Shown here: one piece after another, positions 47,661 through 56,854 of the stretch
Position numbering within the stretch: position 1 is the stretch's first letter
Layout: every line of letters begins with the position of its first letter
Assembly (NCBI GenBank): GCA_964431835.1
Contig: CAYSKO010000002.1
Coordinates: forward strand, 137,632 to 201,631
Direction of reading: 5' to 3'
DNA: 64,000 bases
From: an uncultured Planctomycetia bacterium
GTDB taxonomy: Bacteria; Omnitrophota; Gorgyraeia; 2-02-FULL-51-18
Translations under genes and position numbers: made by a program
The notes under the pieces: model-generated
Databases searched by the model: none
Told to the model about the DNA's origin: nothing
The model's input: the letters and a program-made list of their open reading frames with translations, nothing else

Positions 47661-48368
47661 TCAGGATGTCTCCGGGGACAGCGTCTTCACGAACTTAGCG
47701 GGCGTGCCGGCGAAGAGACAATTCGGCGGGACTTCCGCCCCCTTCGGCAGGACCGAGCGGGCCGCGATTACGGCGCCGTCTCCGATGACGCAGCCCGGCA
47801 TGATGACCGCTCCGAGACCGATCGTGACCTTGCGCCCGATACGCGTCGGCCTCAGTTTCAATTTTCCCCGCTCGGCCAGGTGCCCCAAAACGACCGCGTC
47901 GCCTCCGATGACCGTGCCGTCACCGATTTCCAGCATCGAAACGTCCGCGAGACCCTTCGAGTTGATCTGGACGCCCCGGCCGATTCGGGCGCCCATGAGC
48001 CGGTAATAGAGGGGCAGAAGCGGCGTCAGGCGCATGAAATCCATGAACGTCAGATTCACGATGAGCATCATCGCGTTGACGAACGCCCACACGAAGCCGT
48101 TCCAGGTGAAGAACCCGAATTCCCCTTCCTTCAAGCGTGCTCCCAGCACGAAACGAAGAAGGACGGTGAGCGCGGCCAGCGTAAGACCGAATAAGAAATA
48201 ACCGAACCCCGCCCCGGCGCCGAGCGCGAGCGCCCGACAAATCAACGACCCGGAAACGGAATACTTCCAAAGCGCAAGCGTCAGGACGAACGCGGGCGTC
48301 AGCGCAACGGTCAAAAGACAGCCGCCCAGCGAATACATGAAGAGCGTGAACGCCCACTGGCCCAGCAC
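47661..48368 (-). CDS. Membrane protein with four N-terminal TM helices fused to a C-terminal hexapeptide-repeat (left-handed beta-helix) acyltransferase domain
   Basis: TM region followed by IGDGTVIGGDAVVLG...IGLGAVIMPGCVIGDGAVIAARSVL (hexapeptide repeats). Confidence 0.6.
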   Translation of the reverse strand: MLGQWAFTLFMYSLGGCLLTVALTPAFVLTLALWKYSVSGSLICRALALGAGAGFGYFLFGLTLAALTVLLRFVLGARLKEGEFGFFTWNGFVWAFVNAMMLIVNLTFMDFMRLTPLLPLYYRLMGARIGRGVQINSKGLADVSMLEIGDGTVIGGDAVVLGHLAERGKLKLRPTRIGRKVTIGLGAVIMPGCVIGDGAVIAARSVLPKGAEVPPNCLFAGTPAKFVKTLSPETS

Positions 48369-48379
48369 GAGCGATGGTT

Positions 48380-48802
48380 TCAGGCGAGTTTGGCGTCCAG
48401 CGTGATTTCCGCTTTGAGAAGCTTCGAAATAGGGCAGCCCGTCTTCGCCGCTTCCGCCGCCTTCTCGAACGCCGCTTTATCGGCGCCGGGCGCCGAGACC
48501 TTCGAATCGAGATGCACTTTGGTCACCGTCCACCCCGCGTCGAGTTTCTCGAGCGTGAGCGACGCCGTCGTCTCCACGCTCTGCGGAACGATGTTCGCGC
48601 CGCCGAGCTGCGCCGAGAGCGCCATCGAGAAGCAGGCCGCGTGCGCCGCCGCGATGAGCTCTTCGGGGTTCGTGCCCTTGCCGTTCTCGAAGCGGGTGCC
48701 GAAGGAATACTGCGTCTTATCGAGAACGCCGCTCTCCGAGGAGACCGAGCCCTTACCGTCTTTTAAGCCGCCTTGCCAAACCGCCGATGCTTTTCGAATC
48801 AT
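48380..48802 (-). CDS. OsmC/Ohr-family peroxiredoxin-like protein
   Basis: ...AACFSMALSAQL...TGCPISKLL (the two conserved Cys of OsmC). GGAGG Shine-Dalgarno. Its promoter is in repeat copy A. Confidence 0.85.
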   Translation of the reverse strand: MIRKASAVWQGGLKDGKGSVSSESGVLDKTQYSFGTRFENGKGTNPEELIAAAHAACFSMALSAQLGGANIVPQSVETTASLTLEKLDAGWTVTKVHLDSKVSAPGADKAAFEKAAEAAKTGCPISKLLKAEITLDAKLA

Positions 48803-48834
48803 GGGATACGACCTCCGTTTTAAATGCGTGTGCT

Positions 48835-48906
48835 TTATTTTAACACGGGAAGAACGAAAGGGCTTATACGTTCGTGCGCGGACGGCCGCCGAGGACGAAG
48901 GGGTTC
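48835..48906. repeat. Direct repeat copy A (about 72 bp; 3 mismatches versus copy B). Contains a remnant of 13 codons (NPFVLGGRPRTNV-stop) plus an extended -10-like TGTTAAAAT.
   Basis: ttattttaacacgggaagaacgaaagggcttatacgttcgtgcgcggacggccgccgaggacgaaggggtt. Confidence 0.8.
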
Positions 48907-48913
48907 CGCTTGG

Positions 48914-50020
48914 TCACGCGAAGAATTTCCGCACGCAATCGGCGGCGTGCAGTGCTTCCTCCCGGCGGAGCTCGGGGTACATCGGCAGCGAGAGCGACTT
49001 CGCGGACGCTTCTTCGCTGAAAGGGAAATCGCCGGGCTTGTGCCCGAGCGGCGCGTAGCAGGGTTGAAGGTGGAGCGGGAGCGGATAATAGACGCCGTGA
49101 CCAATCTTCTTCTCGGTCAGATGCGCGGCGAGCGCGTCGCGCCGGTCGGTCCGGATCGTGTACAGGTGGTAGACGTGTTCGTATCCCTCGGGAACGGCCG
49201 GGGTCTCTAGCGGCAGGCCGCGTAGCGCCTCGTCGTAGATCGCGGCGAGCGTGCGGCGCTTCGCGTTCCACTCGTCCACGTATTTCAGCTTCACACGCAC
49301 CACAGCCGCCTGCAATTCGTCCAGCCGGCTATTGATGCCGACGATCTCGTGGTGGTATTTCTTCTTCGAGCCATGCACGCGCAGAACGCGCAGGCGCGCG
49401 GCGAGCGCGTCATCGTTCGTCGTGATCATGCCGCCGTCTCCGGCGCCGCCCAGGTTCTTCGTCGGGAAGAACGAGAGGCATCCAGCCGACCCGATACCGG
49501 CGGTCATGCGGCCGCGGTGGCGCGCGCCGTAGGACTGCGCGGCGTCTTCCAAAACCGCGATTCCCCTTTTTTCCGCGATCGCCTGGAACGCGTCCATGTC
49601 GGCGGAAAGGCCGAAGAGATGGACCGGAACGACGGCTTTCGTGCGCGCCGTGAATTTCGCCTCGGCCTTCGCAGGGTCGAGGTTGAAGGTCTCCGGGTGG
49701 ATGTCGGCGAAGACGGGTGTCGCGCCGGTGCGCGAGATCGATCCCGCGGTCGCGAAGAAAGTGAACGGCGTCGTCACGACCTCGTCGCCGGGGCCGACGC
49801 CGAGCGCCCAAAGGGAGAGATAGAGCGCGTCGGAGCCCGAAGCGACGCCGATCGCGTGCTTCACGCCGACGCGGGCGGCGATGTCCTTTTCAAGACCTTC
49901 GACGTTCTCTTTCAGGATGAACTGCTGGGAGTCGACGACGCGGGCCAAGGCTGCTTTCACTTCGTCGCCGATCTTCGCCTTCTGCTCGGTGAAATCGATG
50001 AAACGGACTCCCCTGCTCAC
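48914..50020 (-). CDS. DegT/DnrJ-family sugar aminotransferase (WbpE-like candidate). Paralog of the partial gene at 63025..64000.
   Basis: (V)[41 protein letters not shown]...[22 protein letters not shown]...HG. GTG overlaps the acetyltransferase stop (GTGA). Confidence 0.85.
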   Translation of the reverse strand: MSRGVRFIDFTEQKAKIGDEVKAALARVVDSQQFILKENVEGLEKDIAARVGVKHAIGVASGSDALYLSLWALGVGPGDEVVTTPFTFFATAGSISRTGATPVFADIHPETFNLDPAKAEAKFTARTKAVVPVHLFGLSADMDAFQAIAEKRGIAVLEDAAQSYGARHRGRMTAGIGSAGCLSFFPTKNLGGAGDGGMITTNDDALAARLRVLRVHGSKKKYHHEIVGINSRLDELQAAVVRVKLKYVDEWNAKRRTLAAIYDEALRGLPLETPAVPEGYEHVYHLYTIRTDRRDALAAHLTEKKIGHGVYYPLPLHLQPCYAPLGHKPGDFPFSEEASAKSLSLPMYPELRREEALHAADCVRKFFA

Positions 50021-50595
50021 GCTTCGCCCTTCACGCCGGCCTTCGTCTTCGAGAATTTCGCGCCGCACCGGTTGCACACGGTTTTCTTGCCCGCGAAACG
50101 CAGGCGTTCGCCACAGGAGCACATCCAGCCGGCGACGCGGGCCGGAGACCCGAGAACGAGCGCATGGTCCGGTACTTCCCTCGTGACCACCGATCCGGCG
50201 CCGATAAAAGAGTAACGGCCGAGAGCGACGCCGCAGACGATCGTGCTGTTGGCGCCGATCGTCGCGCCCTTCTTCACGACCGTCTTCCCGTATTCGTTCT
50301 TACGAGAGACGTGCGCGCGCGGGTTCTTCACGTTCGTGAACACGCAGGAGGGGCCACAAAAGACATCGTCTTCGAGGACGACGCCGTCGTAGAGAGAGAC
50401 GTTGTTCTGGATCTTCACGCGGTCGCCGACGACGACGCCCTTGGCGACGAATACGTTCTGGCCGATCACACAATCGCGGCCGAGCGACGCGCCGTCCATC
50501 ACGTGGCAAAAATGCCACACTTTGGTCCCGTCGCCGACGGAGGCGCCGGGATGGACTTCGCTCGACGGATGGACGTAAAAAGGTCGCTTAGACAT
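50017..50595 (-). CDS. Hexapeptide-repeat N-acetyltransferase (WbpD/PglD-like candidate) with C-terminal Cys4 zinc-ribbon
   Basis: Left-handed beta-helix repeats ([24 protein letters not shown]...) and C-terminal [23 protein letters not shown]. Confidence 0.8.
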   Translation of the reverse strand: MSKRPFYVHPSSEVHPGASVGDGTKVWHFCHVMDGASLGRDCVIGQNVFVAKGVVVGDRVKIQNNVSLYDGVVLEDDVFCGPSCVFTNVKNPRAHVSRKNEYGKTVVKKGATIGANSTIVCGVALGRYSFIGAGSVVTREVPDHALVLGSPARVAGWMCSCGERLRFAGKKTVCNRCGAKFSKTKAGVKGEA

Positions 50596-50691
50596 GAAGG
50601 CCCATTATGTCCGATTCGCCGCCGGTTCGGCAACGGAATTCAAGCAGTAGACGTCCAGAGGAAATCCGAACCCCGGAGCCCGGCTCGCGCC

Positions 50692-50762
50692 TTATTTTGA
50701 CACGGAAGAACGAAAGGGCTTATACGTTCGTGCGCGGCCGGCCGCCGAGGACGAAGGGGTTG
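50692..50762. repeat. Direct repeat copy B. Here it forms the genuine 3' end of gene 50720..52483 (last 13 codons plus 28 bp downstream).
   Basis: ttattttgacacggaagaacgaaagggcttatacgttcgtgcgcggccggccgccgaggacgaaggggtt. Confidence 0.8.
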
Positions 50763-52483
50763 AAGTAGTCGTCGAAGGCGGGGCGGTCCATCATCACGGC
50801 CCACGCCGAGGTGAGCGTGGGTACGGGGTTCGCCCACCAGCCGAAAATAATGTAATACCGGCGATTGGAATAATTGTAGGCGACGGAACCGTCGTCGAGA
50901 AGGACTTTGAGCGTTTCGACGCCGTCTCGCATCGTCCGCGCGTCGGTGCGGAGTTCCTCGGCCCAGAGCGCGTGCTCCCGGTTGCCGCCGTTCCGGTGAA
51001 GCGTTTCGTAATGGCGGGCCGTCTCTTTGGCCATCAAGATCGCCCCGAACGTCCACTCCGAAGAAAGGACGTCGTGGCCCGCCGTGAAGCCGACGCCTCG
51101 CAGGACGCCGTTCTCGTAATAACCCGCGATTTCTTTGGTTTTTTTCCACAAACGATAGGCGGTGCTTTCGTCTCCCCCGCCGATCTCGCGGTTCACCCAG
51201 CCCGCGCCCAAAACCGCGAGACCCCACGTCTGCACGTCCACAGCGAACTCCGGCGCGGCGTGGAACTCTCCGCCGATCCAGAACCCTCCCTGAAGAAACG
51301 TCCCCTCGGGACCGAGCAGGTGCTTCCGGAAATAATCCTCCATCCCCTCGCGCACCTTCACCCCGCGCTCGGTGCCTCGGATGATCCGTTCGAGAGTTTC
51401 AAGATGCGCGGCGGCCTCGGGGAGATCGCGGTGCGGTTCGAGCGCCTCGGCGAGCATGCGAAGCGCCGCGACCATCGAAAAGTTGTTCTCGTTCGAGATA
51501 TCGCGCGGATGTTTGCCGTGAACGCCGGTCGGGACGTGGTAAATCGCGCCGATCGAGCTCTGCATCGCGTCGATTGCCGGCAGGAGGCTCAGCGCGAGCG
51601 CGAGCTCTTCGGATTCCCACGGGACGGCGCCACCGTTCTTGAGGTAAGACGTTTGAAGGGGTCCGATGATGGCGGCCCAAGAATTTTCACCGGTGATCGG
51701 CTTCCAGTCCTCATGGTGGAGAGCAGGCGTGTTGGGGAAGCCGTCGAACGCGTCTTTCTGGTCGAGCGGGTCGCGCATCCGGTAAATATCGGAAACCATG
51801 CGGAAGAAAAAGGCGTTTTCGCGCTTCACCTCCCGCTCCTGTTCACCATAACGGAACGGGAAATCCCACGCGCGAATGTCGTAGATATCGCCGCTGCGGC
51901 CGGCACTCAGGCGCGTCGTGTGCGCGTCGGCTTCCTCAAAGTTCCCGGAGAGAGCCATCGCGATCTGCCACGTGGCCGCGTCGTAGAGATTCACCGCGCC
52001 GGCGTCCGCAAAGCCGGCCTCGCCGGTCAAGATACGCTCCATGATGTCCTCGAGCCTGGCCGGGTCGGACTGGATCGACTGCCAATAGCCTTTCGGAGGC
52101 CGGTAGCTGAGAGGCAGGCCCCAAGGCGTCTTGTTGGCGCGCAGGAACTTCACGATCGCATCCCGGCCCGCGTCCGAATACTCGAAACGGGGAACGGCCG
52201 TGGCAGATCCGGTGGGAGCGGAAGGTACGGGCTGCGGCGGCGGGAGCGCCGACAAAAGACGTCGGCGTTCTTTGATCGCATCTAGCATGATCGCGTCGGC
52301 GGCGAGGCGATTCTCGGCGGAAGCCGCTTTCTCCACGGCCTCGACGAATGCGGCGTTCGCGGCGAGGCGCAGACGCTCGTCTTCGCCCGCGGCGCGCACG
52401 ACCGGGACGAAGAGAGAGACAGCGAGAACCGTGACCGCCGTCTTCGGGAGGATACTTTTAAAAAAGTTTGAAGCGGTGAGCAA
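50720..52483 (-). CDS. Secreted or anchored protein of uncertain function; weak resemblance to (alpha/alpha)6-type glycoside hydrolases. ORF extends to 53089, but the upstream part is R-rich and overlaps the YfhO-like gene.
   Basis: (L)TASNFFKSILPKTAVTVLAVSLFVPVVRAAG signal/anchor, then a large soluble domain. TTG start 2 nt after the upstream TAG. Confidence 0.4.
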   Translation of the reverse strand: MLTASNFFKSILPKTAVTVLAVSLFVPVVRAAGEDERLRLAANAAFVEAVEKAASAENRLAADAIMLDAIKERRRLLSALPPPQPVPSAPTGSATAVPRFEYSDAGRDAIVKFLRANKTPWGLPLSYRPPKGYWQSIQSDPARLEDIMERILTGEAGFADAGAVNLYDAATWQIAMALSGNFEEADAHTTRLSAGRSGDIYDIRAWDFPFRYGEQEREVKRENAFFFRMVSDIYRMRDPLDQKDAFDGFPNTPALHHEDWKPITGENSWAAIIGPLQTSYLKNGGAVPWESEELALALSLLPAIDAMQSSIGAIYHVPTGVHGKHPRDISNENNFSMVAALRMLAEALEPHRDLPEAAAHLETLERIIRGTERGVKVREGMEDYFRKHLLGPEGTFLQGGFWIGGEFHAAPEFAVDVQTWGLAVLGAGWVNREIGGGDESTAYRLWKKTKEIAGYYENGVLRGVGFTAGHDVLSSEWTFGAILMAKETARHYETLHRNGGNREHALWAEELRTDARTMRDGVETLKVLLDDGSVAYNYSNRRYYIIFGWWANPVPTLTSAWAVMMDRPAFDDYFNPFVLGGRPRTNV

Positions 52484-52485
52484 AA

Positions 52486-54846
52486 CTATCGGGCGGATCT
52501 TCGCAAGGCGCGAAGCGCGAGAAAGACGAGAGCGAGAACCCATCCCGCGGCGGCGGCCCATTCGCAGCCACGCACCGCTGCGGAGACCGGCCGGTGAAAA
52601 AGAATCTCGTGGCGGCCGGACGGCACCCACGCCCCCATGAACGCGTGGTTCACTCGAACGAGTGGCACGGCATTCCCGTCGAGCTCGGCTCGCCAGCCGG
52701 GGTAATGGCTTTGCGAGAAAACGCAAAGCGCCACCGACTTCACGTCCAGGAGCGCTTTCACGAAGTCCGGCCGTCGAGTGAGTATCCGCGCGTGAACCAT
52801 CGGCGCGTCGTCGATCGGAGGAAGCGGCGGCGGCACGTCGTCCGTTTCGACGACCGCCTCGAGCTTCGGAAGAAAATCGGGACCCTTCAAATGCGCAAGG
52901 CGCCGCGAAACGTCGGTCATCGCCTGCCAGCGGTAAACGGCATACACGAGCGGCGACACGCCCGCGTTCTCGTAAAGGAAGCGGCCGCCCGCCTCGTCCA
53001 GAAGCCGGAACCCTCCCATCGACAGCTTTTCGTCGGAGACGGCAAGCCCCACGCCCAGCGAATCGATGAGCCCGCTCTGCCGGCCCCATGTCTCTGCCGA
53101 CAGCGGAAAACGCCCGAGCGAAGCGTCGGAAATGCCGAGCTCCTTCGTGAGCGTGTAGTGGCGCTCGAGGAGAAGAGGCGAATAAGCGCCGGGATGCGAG
53201 AGTCCGTGCAGCATGTTCATGCTCGGTTCGAGGAGCGCGGGTTCACGGCGCGCCCACTCGATCACGCGGCCCGCCCCGAAGCGAGGTGCTTCCTTCCCGG
53301 CCAACTCGACCGCCGCGTGCGCCTTCGCGGGCGGATAGGGCTTGGCGTTCTTGACGAAACCGGTGCTAAAGGCGGCGCCCGTCGCCGCGAGATCGAGCGT
53401 GACGAGAGCGGCTAACCCCCACGCCAGAGCTTCGCGCCGGTCCGCGCGTCCCGCGGCCGCAAGGAGAAGCGCTGCCGTAAGGAGCCCAAGTGCTCCCGCG
53501 TACAGATTCCAGGGGTTCAGCGGACGAACGACGTCGGCCGCCCGCGCGAGCGTCGACCGCACGGTCGCGTGATACTCTTCCACGGGCTTCATCTTGTCCG
53601 TCTTCGACGCGTAAGCGGCGTCGGCGAGACTCCGGCCATATTCGGCGATCTTCGGTTCCGCCGCACGGTAAGTGGCGGACGCCGCGGACGGCAGGAGCAC
53701 GCACAGCGCGGCGAGCACCGCGATCGCCCTTCTCTGCCCCTTCAAGAGAGGCCCGGCGAAGGTTTTCGCGAAACCGAAACCGGCCAGCACCGCCAGGGAC
53801 GCCAGGGTGAAAAAGAGGAACTTCGAGGGATTCCGGAGCGCGGTCAGCGGCAGTCGCTCAACCGCCAGCGCGTAGAGCGGGTTGTATTTGCCGAACGCCA
53901 GGAGAAGAAAAAGAAGCGCGGTCCACGCGTGCGCGCGTTCGACCGGCGTCTTTCTGGAAAAAAGCGCGGCAGCCGCGAGAAAAAGCGGCGCAATGCCCAG
54001 GAAAAGCGTGACACGCAGAAGCGGGCCCCATTCGGGGAACAAAAAAGATGCGAGTGCGGGCGGCGGAAGCGATCCCCAAAGCGCGAAGGCGCTGTCGGCG
54101 CCGGCGCGGGCGGATTCACCTGCGAGCTCGAGCGTTTGAAGGATCTGCGGCGACGCGAGGACGAAGCCCACGAGCGCACCGACGGCGAGGACCGGAAGCG
54201 TGCGTTGGCGGCCGGGCTCGAGAGTGGTCAGAACGAGAACGTAGAGCGCCGCGTACGCGGCCGCCTGCGGAAAACCGCCGGTCCCCATAAGCCCAAAACA
54301 GACACCCGCACCCGCCGCCGCCGCGCCGAGTCCGGCCGCATTCGGTGCGCGGCGCGCGGCGTCGAGCGCCAGGAGCGTCCACGGCACCCACGTCAGCACG
54401 CGGAGCGTGCCCATCGTGTAAAAACACCCGCCGTAACCGCTCGAGAACGAAAAAACGACTGCGGCCAGAGCGGCGGCGCGTTCCCCGAGGCCGATCCGCC
54501 GTCCGTAAACGTAAAAACCGATGCCCCCCACCAAAAGATGCGCCGGCACCGTCCAGGAATACGCGGCCTTGAACGGCAGAAGAAGGAAAAAAAGAATATT
54601 CGGTGGATAGTACGCCGCGACTTGGCCCTCGGCGACGAGCGGAAAACCGCATGCGATGAGATCGGTCCAGTACGGGAGCGTTCCCTGTTTCAGGCTCTGG
54701 GAGAGCGCGAGCGCCCACGGATGGAACTGGACGCCATTGTCCCCCACCAGGAAAGCCGTCCGGACGAGAAGGAGGGGTCCCGTGAAAAAAACGAAGAGCG
54801 CGCCGAAGAAAAGGAGGAAGAAGGCGTGGCGGCGGAGAAAAATCAT
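52486..54846 (-). CDS. YfhO-family large polytopic membrane protein (GT-C-like glycosyltransferase implicated in envelope glycosylation)
   Basis: MIFLRRHAFFLLFFGALFVFFTGPLL... more than 12 TM helices plus a C-terminal domain; paired with a DPM1-like GT2. ATG overlaps the upstream stop by 1 nt (TGATG). Confidence 0.65.
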   Translation of the reverse strand: MIFLRRHAFFLLFFGALFVFFTGPLLLVRTAFLVGDNGVQFHPWALALSQSLKQGTLPYWTDLIACGFPLVAEGQVAAYYPPNILFFLLLPFKAAYSWTVPAHLLVGGIGFYVYGRRIGLGERAAALAAVVFSFSSGYGGCFYTMGTLRVLTWVPWTLLALDAARRAPNAAGLGAAAAGAGVCFGLMGTGGFPQAAAYAALYVLVLTTLEPGRQRTLPVLAVGALVGFVLASPQILQTLELAGESARAGADSAFALWGSLPPPALASFLFPEWGPLLRVTLFLGIAPLFLAAAALFSRKTPVERAHAWTALLFLLLAFGKYNPLYALAVERLPLTALRNPSKFLFFTLASLAVLAGFGFAKTFAGPLLKGQRRAIAVLAALCVLLPSAASATYRAAEPKIAEYGRSLADAAYASKTDKMKPVEEYHATVRSTLARAADVVRPLNPWNLYAGALGLLTAALLLAAAGRADRREALAWGLAALVTLDLAATGAAFSTGFVKNAKPYPPAKAHAAVELAGKEAPRFGAGRVIEWARREPALLEPSMNMLHGLSHPGAYSPLLLERHYTLTKELGISDASLGRFPLSAETWGRQSGLIDSLGVGLAVSDEKLSMGGFRLLDEAGGRFLYENAGVSPLVYAVYRWQAMTDVSRRLAHLKGPDFLPKLEAVVETDDVPPPLPPIDDAPMVHARILTRRPDFVKALLDVKSVALCVFSQSHYPGWRAELDGNAVPLVRVNHAFMGAWVPSGRHEILFHRPVSAAVRGCEWAAAAGWVLALVFLALRALRRSAR

Positions 54847-55583
54847 CAGACCGCGGCCTCCGCCGCAAAGGTCGGAACGGTCGTGGGTCCTCGGCCGAGG
54901 CAGGTCGTGGCGAACGCGTAGAAAAACCAGCGCAAGTACACCGGCATCCACTTGAAGAGCCGGAAGCGGCTGCGGCCGCTTTCCCGCTCGAACCATAGGG
55001 CGGGCGTTTCTTCCACCTTCCAGCCCAATCGGTGCGTTTTCACCAGAAGTTCCACGCTGAACGCCCACCCCTCGGTGGATTCAACGCGGACGGTCTTTAA
55101 GACTTTCGAAGAAAAGAGACGGAAGCCGTTCGTCGGGTCGTGCGTGGGCACGCGCGCCGCGTGGTAAAGCACGAAAGCCGCGGTCCGCACCAGAACGGCT
55201 TTCACGAGCGGGCAGCCCTTCATGCAGCCGCCCGGCATGAAACGGCTTGCCGCGACGATGTCCGCACCCGCACGGAAGCGCGCGATCATTCCGTCGATGA
55301 TTCCCCCGTTGTACGAATCATCGGCGGGAAACGCGATCAAGGCCGGGGCGGAGCTCTTGCGAAACCCGGTCATCACAGCGCCGTGCACGCCTCGACCCTC
55401 GTTCTTCACGCGGACGATCTCGAAGGGCGCGGAATAAGCATCCAGAACCGGCAGCGTGTCATCTTCGTCGCGGTCGTAGCAGACGAGGACGCGGAACGGC
55501 GAGTGTACGGCCGCTTTCAAATGGTCGAGCACCTTGACGATGCCCGTCCCCTCGTTGTAGACAGGGATCAGGATATCAATCAC
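54846..55583 (-). CDS. Polyprenyl-phosphate sugar synthase, GT2 (DPM1/CsbB/GtrB-like)
   Basis: (V)IDILIPVYNEGTGI...VLVCYDRDEDDT... GTG overlaps the upstream stop (GTGA). Confidence 0.8.
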   Translation of the reverse strand: MIDILIPVYNEGTGIVKVLDHLKAAVHSPFRVLVCYDRDEDDTLPVLDAYSAPFEIVRVKNEGRGVHGAVMTGFRKSSAPALIAFPADDSYNGGIIDGMIARFRAGADIVAASRFMPGGCMKGCPLVKAVLVRTAAFVLYHAARVPTHDPTNGFRLFSSKVLKTVRVESTEGWAFSVELLVKTHRLGWKVEETPALWFERESGRSRFRLFKWMPVYLRWFFYAFATTCLGRGPTTVPTFAAEAAV

Positions 55584-56854
55584 GTGGAGCGAGACGCCTC
55601 GACGACACGCGGTTCGGGCAGCGGCACGATGAATTTGCCGCGGTATCCCCTCGCGAAGAGCTTTGGAATCAGCTCATCGGCGATGTGCCAGGAAAGAAGA
55701 AGCGCGTATTCGGGCTGGTCCTCGAAAAGCTTCGATTCCTCGAGAACGGGGATCAGCGTGCCCGGCATGTACTTTCCGATCTTGTATGAACCCTTAATCT
55801 CAAGCACGCAGTCGACGATCGCGTCGTCGAGCCCGACGTAGTTGACGAGCGTACTCGCCCGGGACGGCGCCCCGATCGCATAAATGCGCGCGTTCTTCTT
55901 CTTGGCTTCGAGAAGGAGTGCGTGGAGCGTCATCTTCGAGCGGACGACCCCTTCGCGAAAGCGTTTCACGACCGATTTCGTCTCGGGTTCGGAGGCGAGC
56001 ATCTCCGCCACGGACGGACGCACCGGGTACGCACCTTTCTTGGCGGCATACACGCGAATCGAGCCGCCGTGCGTGGGGATTCTTTTTGCGTGAACCACTT
56101 CAAGGCCGTGGCGCTCGAGGAGATATTTCAGGCTTCGCAGCGAATAGTAGCGCAGATGCTCGTGGTAGATCGTATCGTACTGCAAGGTCTCGACGAGCGG
56201 AACCCAGTAGTGCGACTCGGAAACGAACATCCCCTTCTCGCCGAGCATGTGAACAACTCCCTCGACGATCGAATGGACGTCCTCGATGTGAGCGAACACG
56301 TTCGTCGCAGTCACGATCGACGCGGGCCCCTGCTCGGAACGCGCGCGCCGGGCGGCTTCCGCGCCGAAGAAAGCGGTCAGAGTCGGGATGCCGCGCGAAG
56401 CCGCGACTTTGCCCATGTCGGTTGGCTCGATGCCGAACACGCGGTGCCCGCCTTCTTTGAAATTCGAAAGAAGCGTCCCGTCGTTGGAGCCGACGTCGAC
56501 GACGAGGCTCTCGGGATCGAGGGGCAGGAGCGTGCGGCATTCGCGGTAGAGCTCGGCGAAATTCTCGCGGAGAATTTTCGTCGTACCGCTCGAATAGGGA
56601 TATTCCGGAGGAAAAAGGATCGCCGGATCGACCACGAGCCCGAGCTGGACGAGGTCGCATGCGGGGCAATGGAGAAGCTCGGCCGGATACGCCGGCTGTT
56701 CCTTCGGTCGCTCGCCGATCTTCCACATCTGGTTCACCGGCGGAAGGTAGCCGAGGAATAGGATCGATTCCAGATTCCGACCTCCGCAAACCTGACAGCA
56801 CTCGACGGTCACGCTCCCGCCGGTTCCGGCTGCGAGCTTAGAACTAGGATTCAT
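55580..56854 (-). CDS. SAM-dependent C-methyltransferase (NDP-hexose C-methyltransferase-like; zinc-finger N-terminus, Methyltransf + C-methyltransferase C-domain)
   Basis: CCQVCGGRNL...CPACDLVQL; VVDVGSNDGTLL (motif I). ATG overlaps the upstream stop (ATGA). Confidence 0.7.
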   Translation of the reverse strand: MNPSSKLAAGTGGSVTVECCQVCGGRNLESILFLGYLPPVNQMWKIGERPKEQPAYPAELLHCPACDLVQLGLVVDPAILFPPEYPYSSGTTKILRENFAELYRECRTLLPLDPESLVVDVGSNDGTLLSNFKEGGHRVFGIEPTDMGKVAASRGIPTLTAFFGAEAARRARSEQGPASIVTATNVFAHIEDVHSIVEGVVHMLGEKGMFVSESHYWVPLVETLQYDTIYHEHLRYYSLRSLKYLLERHGLEVVHAKRIPTHGGSIRVYAAKKGAYPVRPSVAEMLASEPETKSVVKRFREGVVRSKMTLHALLLEAKKKNARIYAIGAPSRASTLVNYVGLDDAIVDCVLEIKGSYKIGKYMPGTLIPVLEESKLFEDQPEYALLLSWHIADELIPKLFARGYRGKFIVPLPEPRVVEASRST

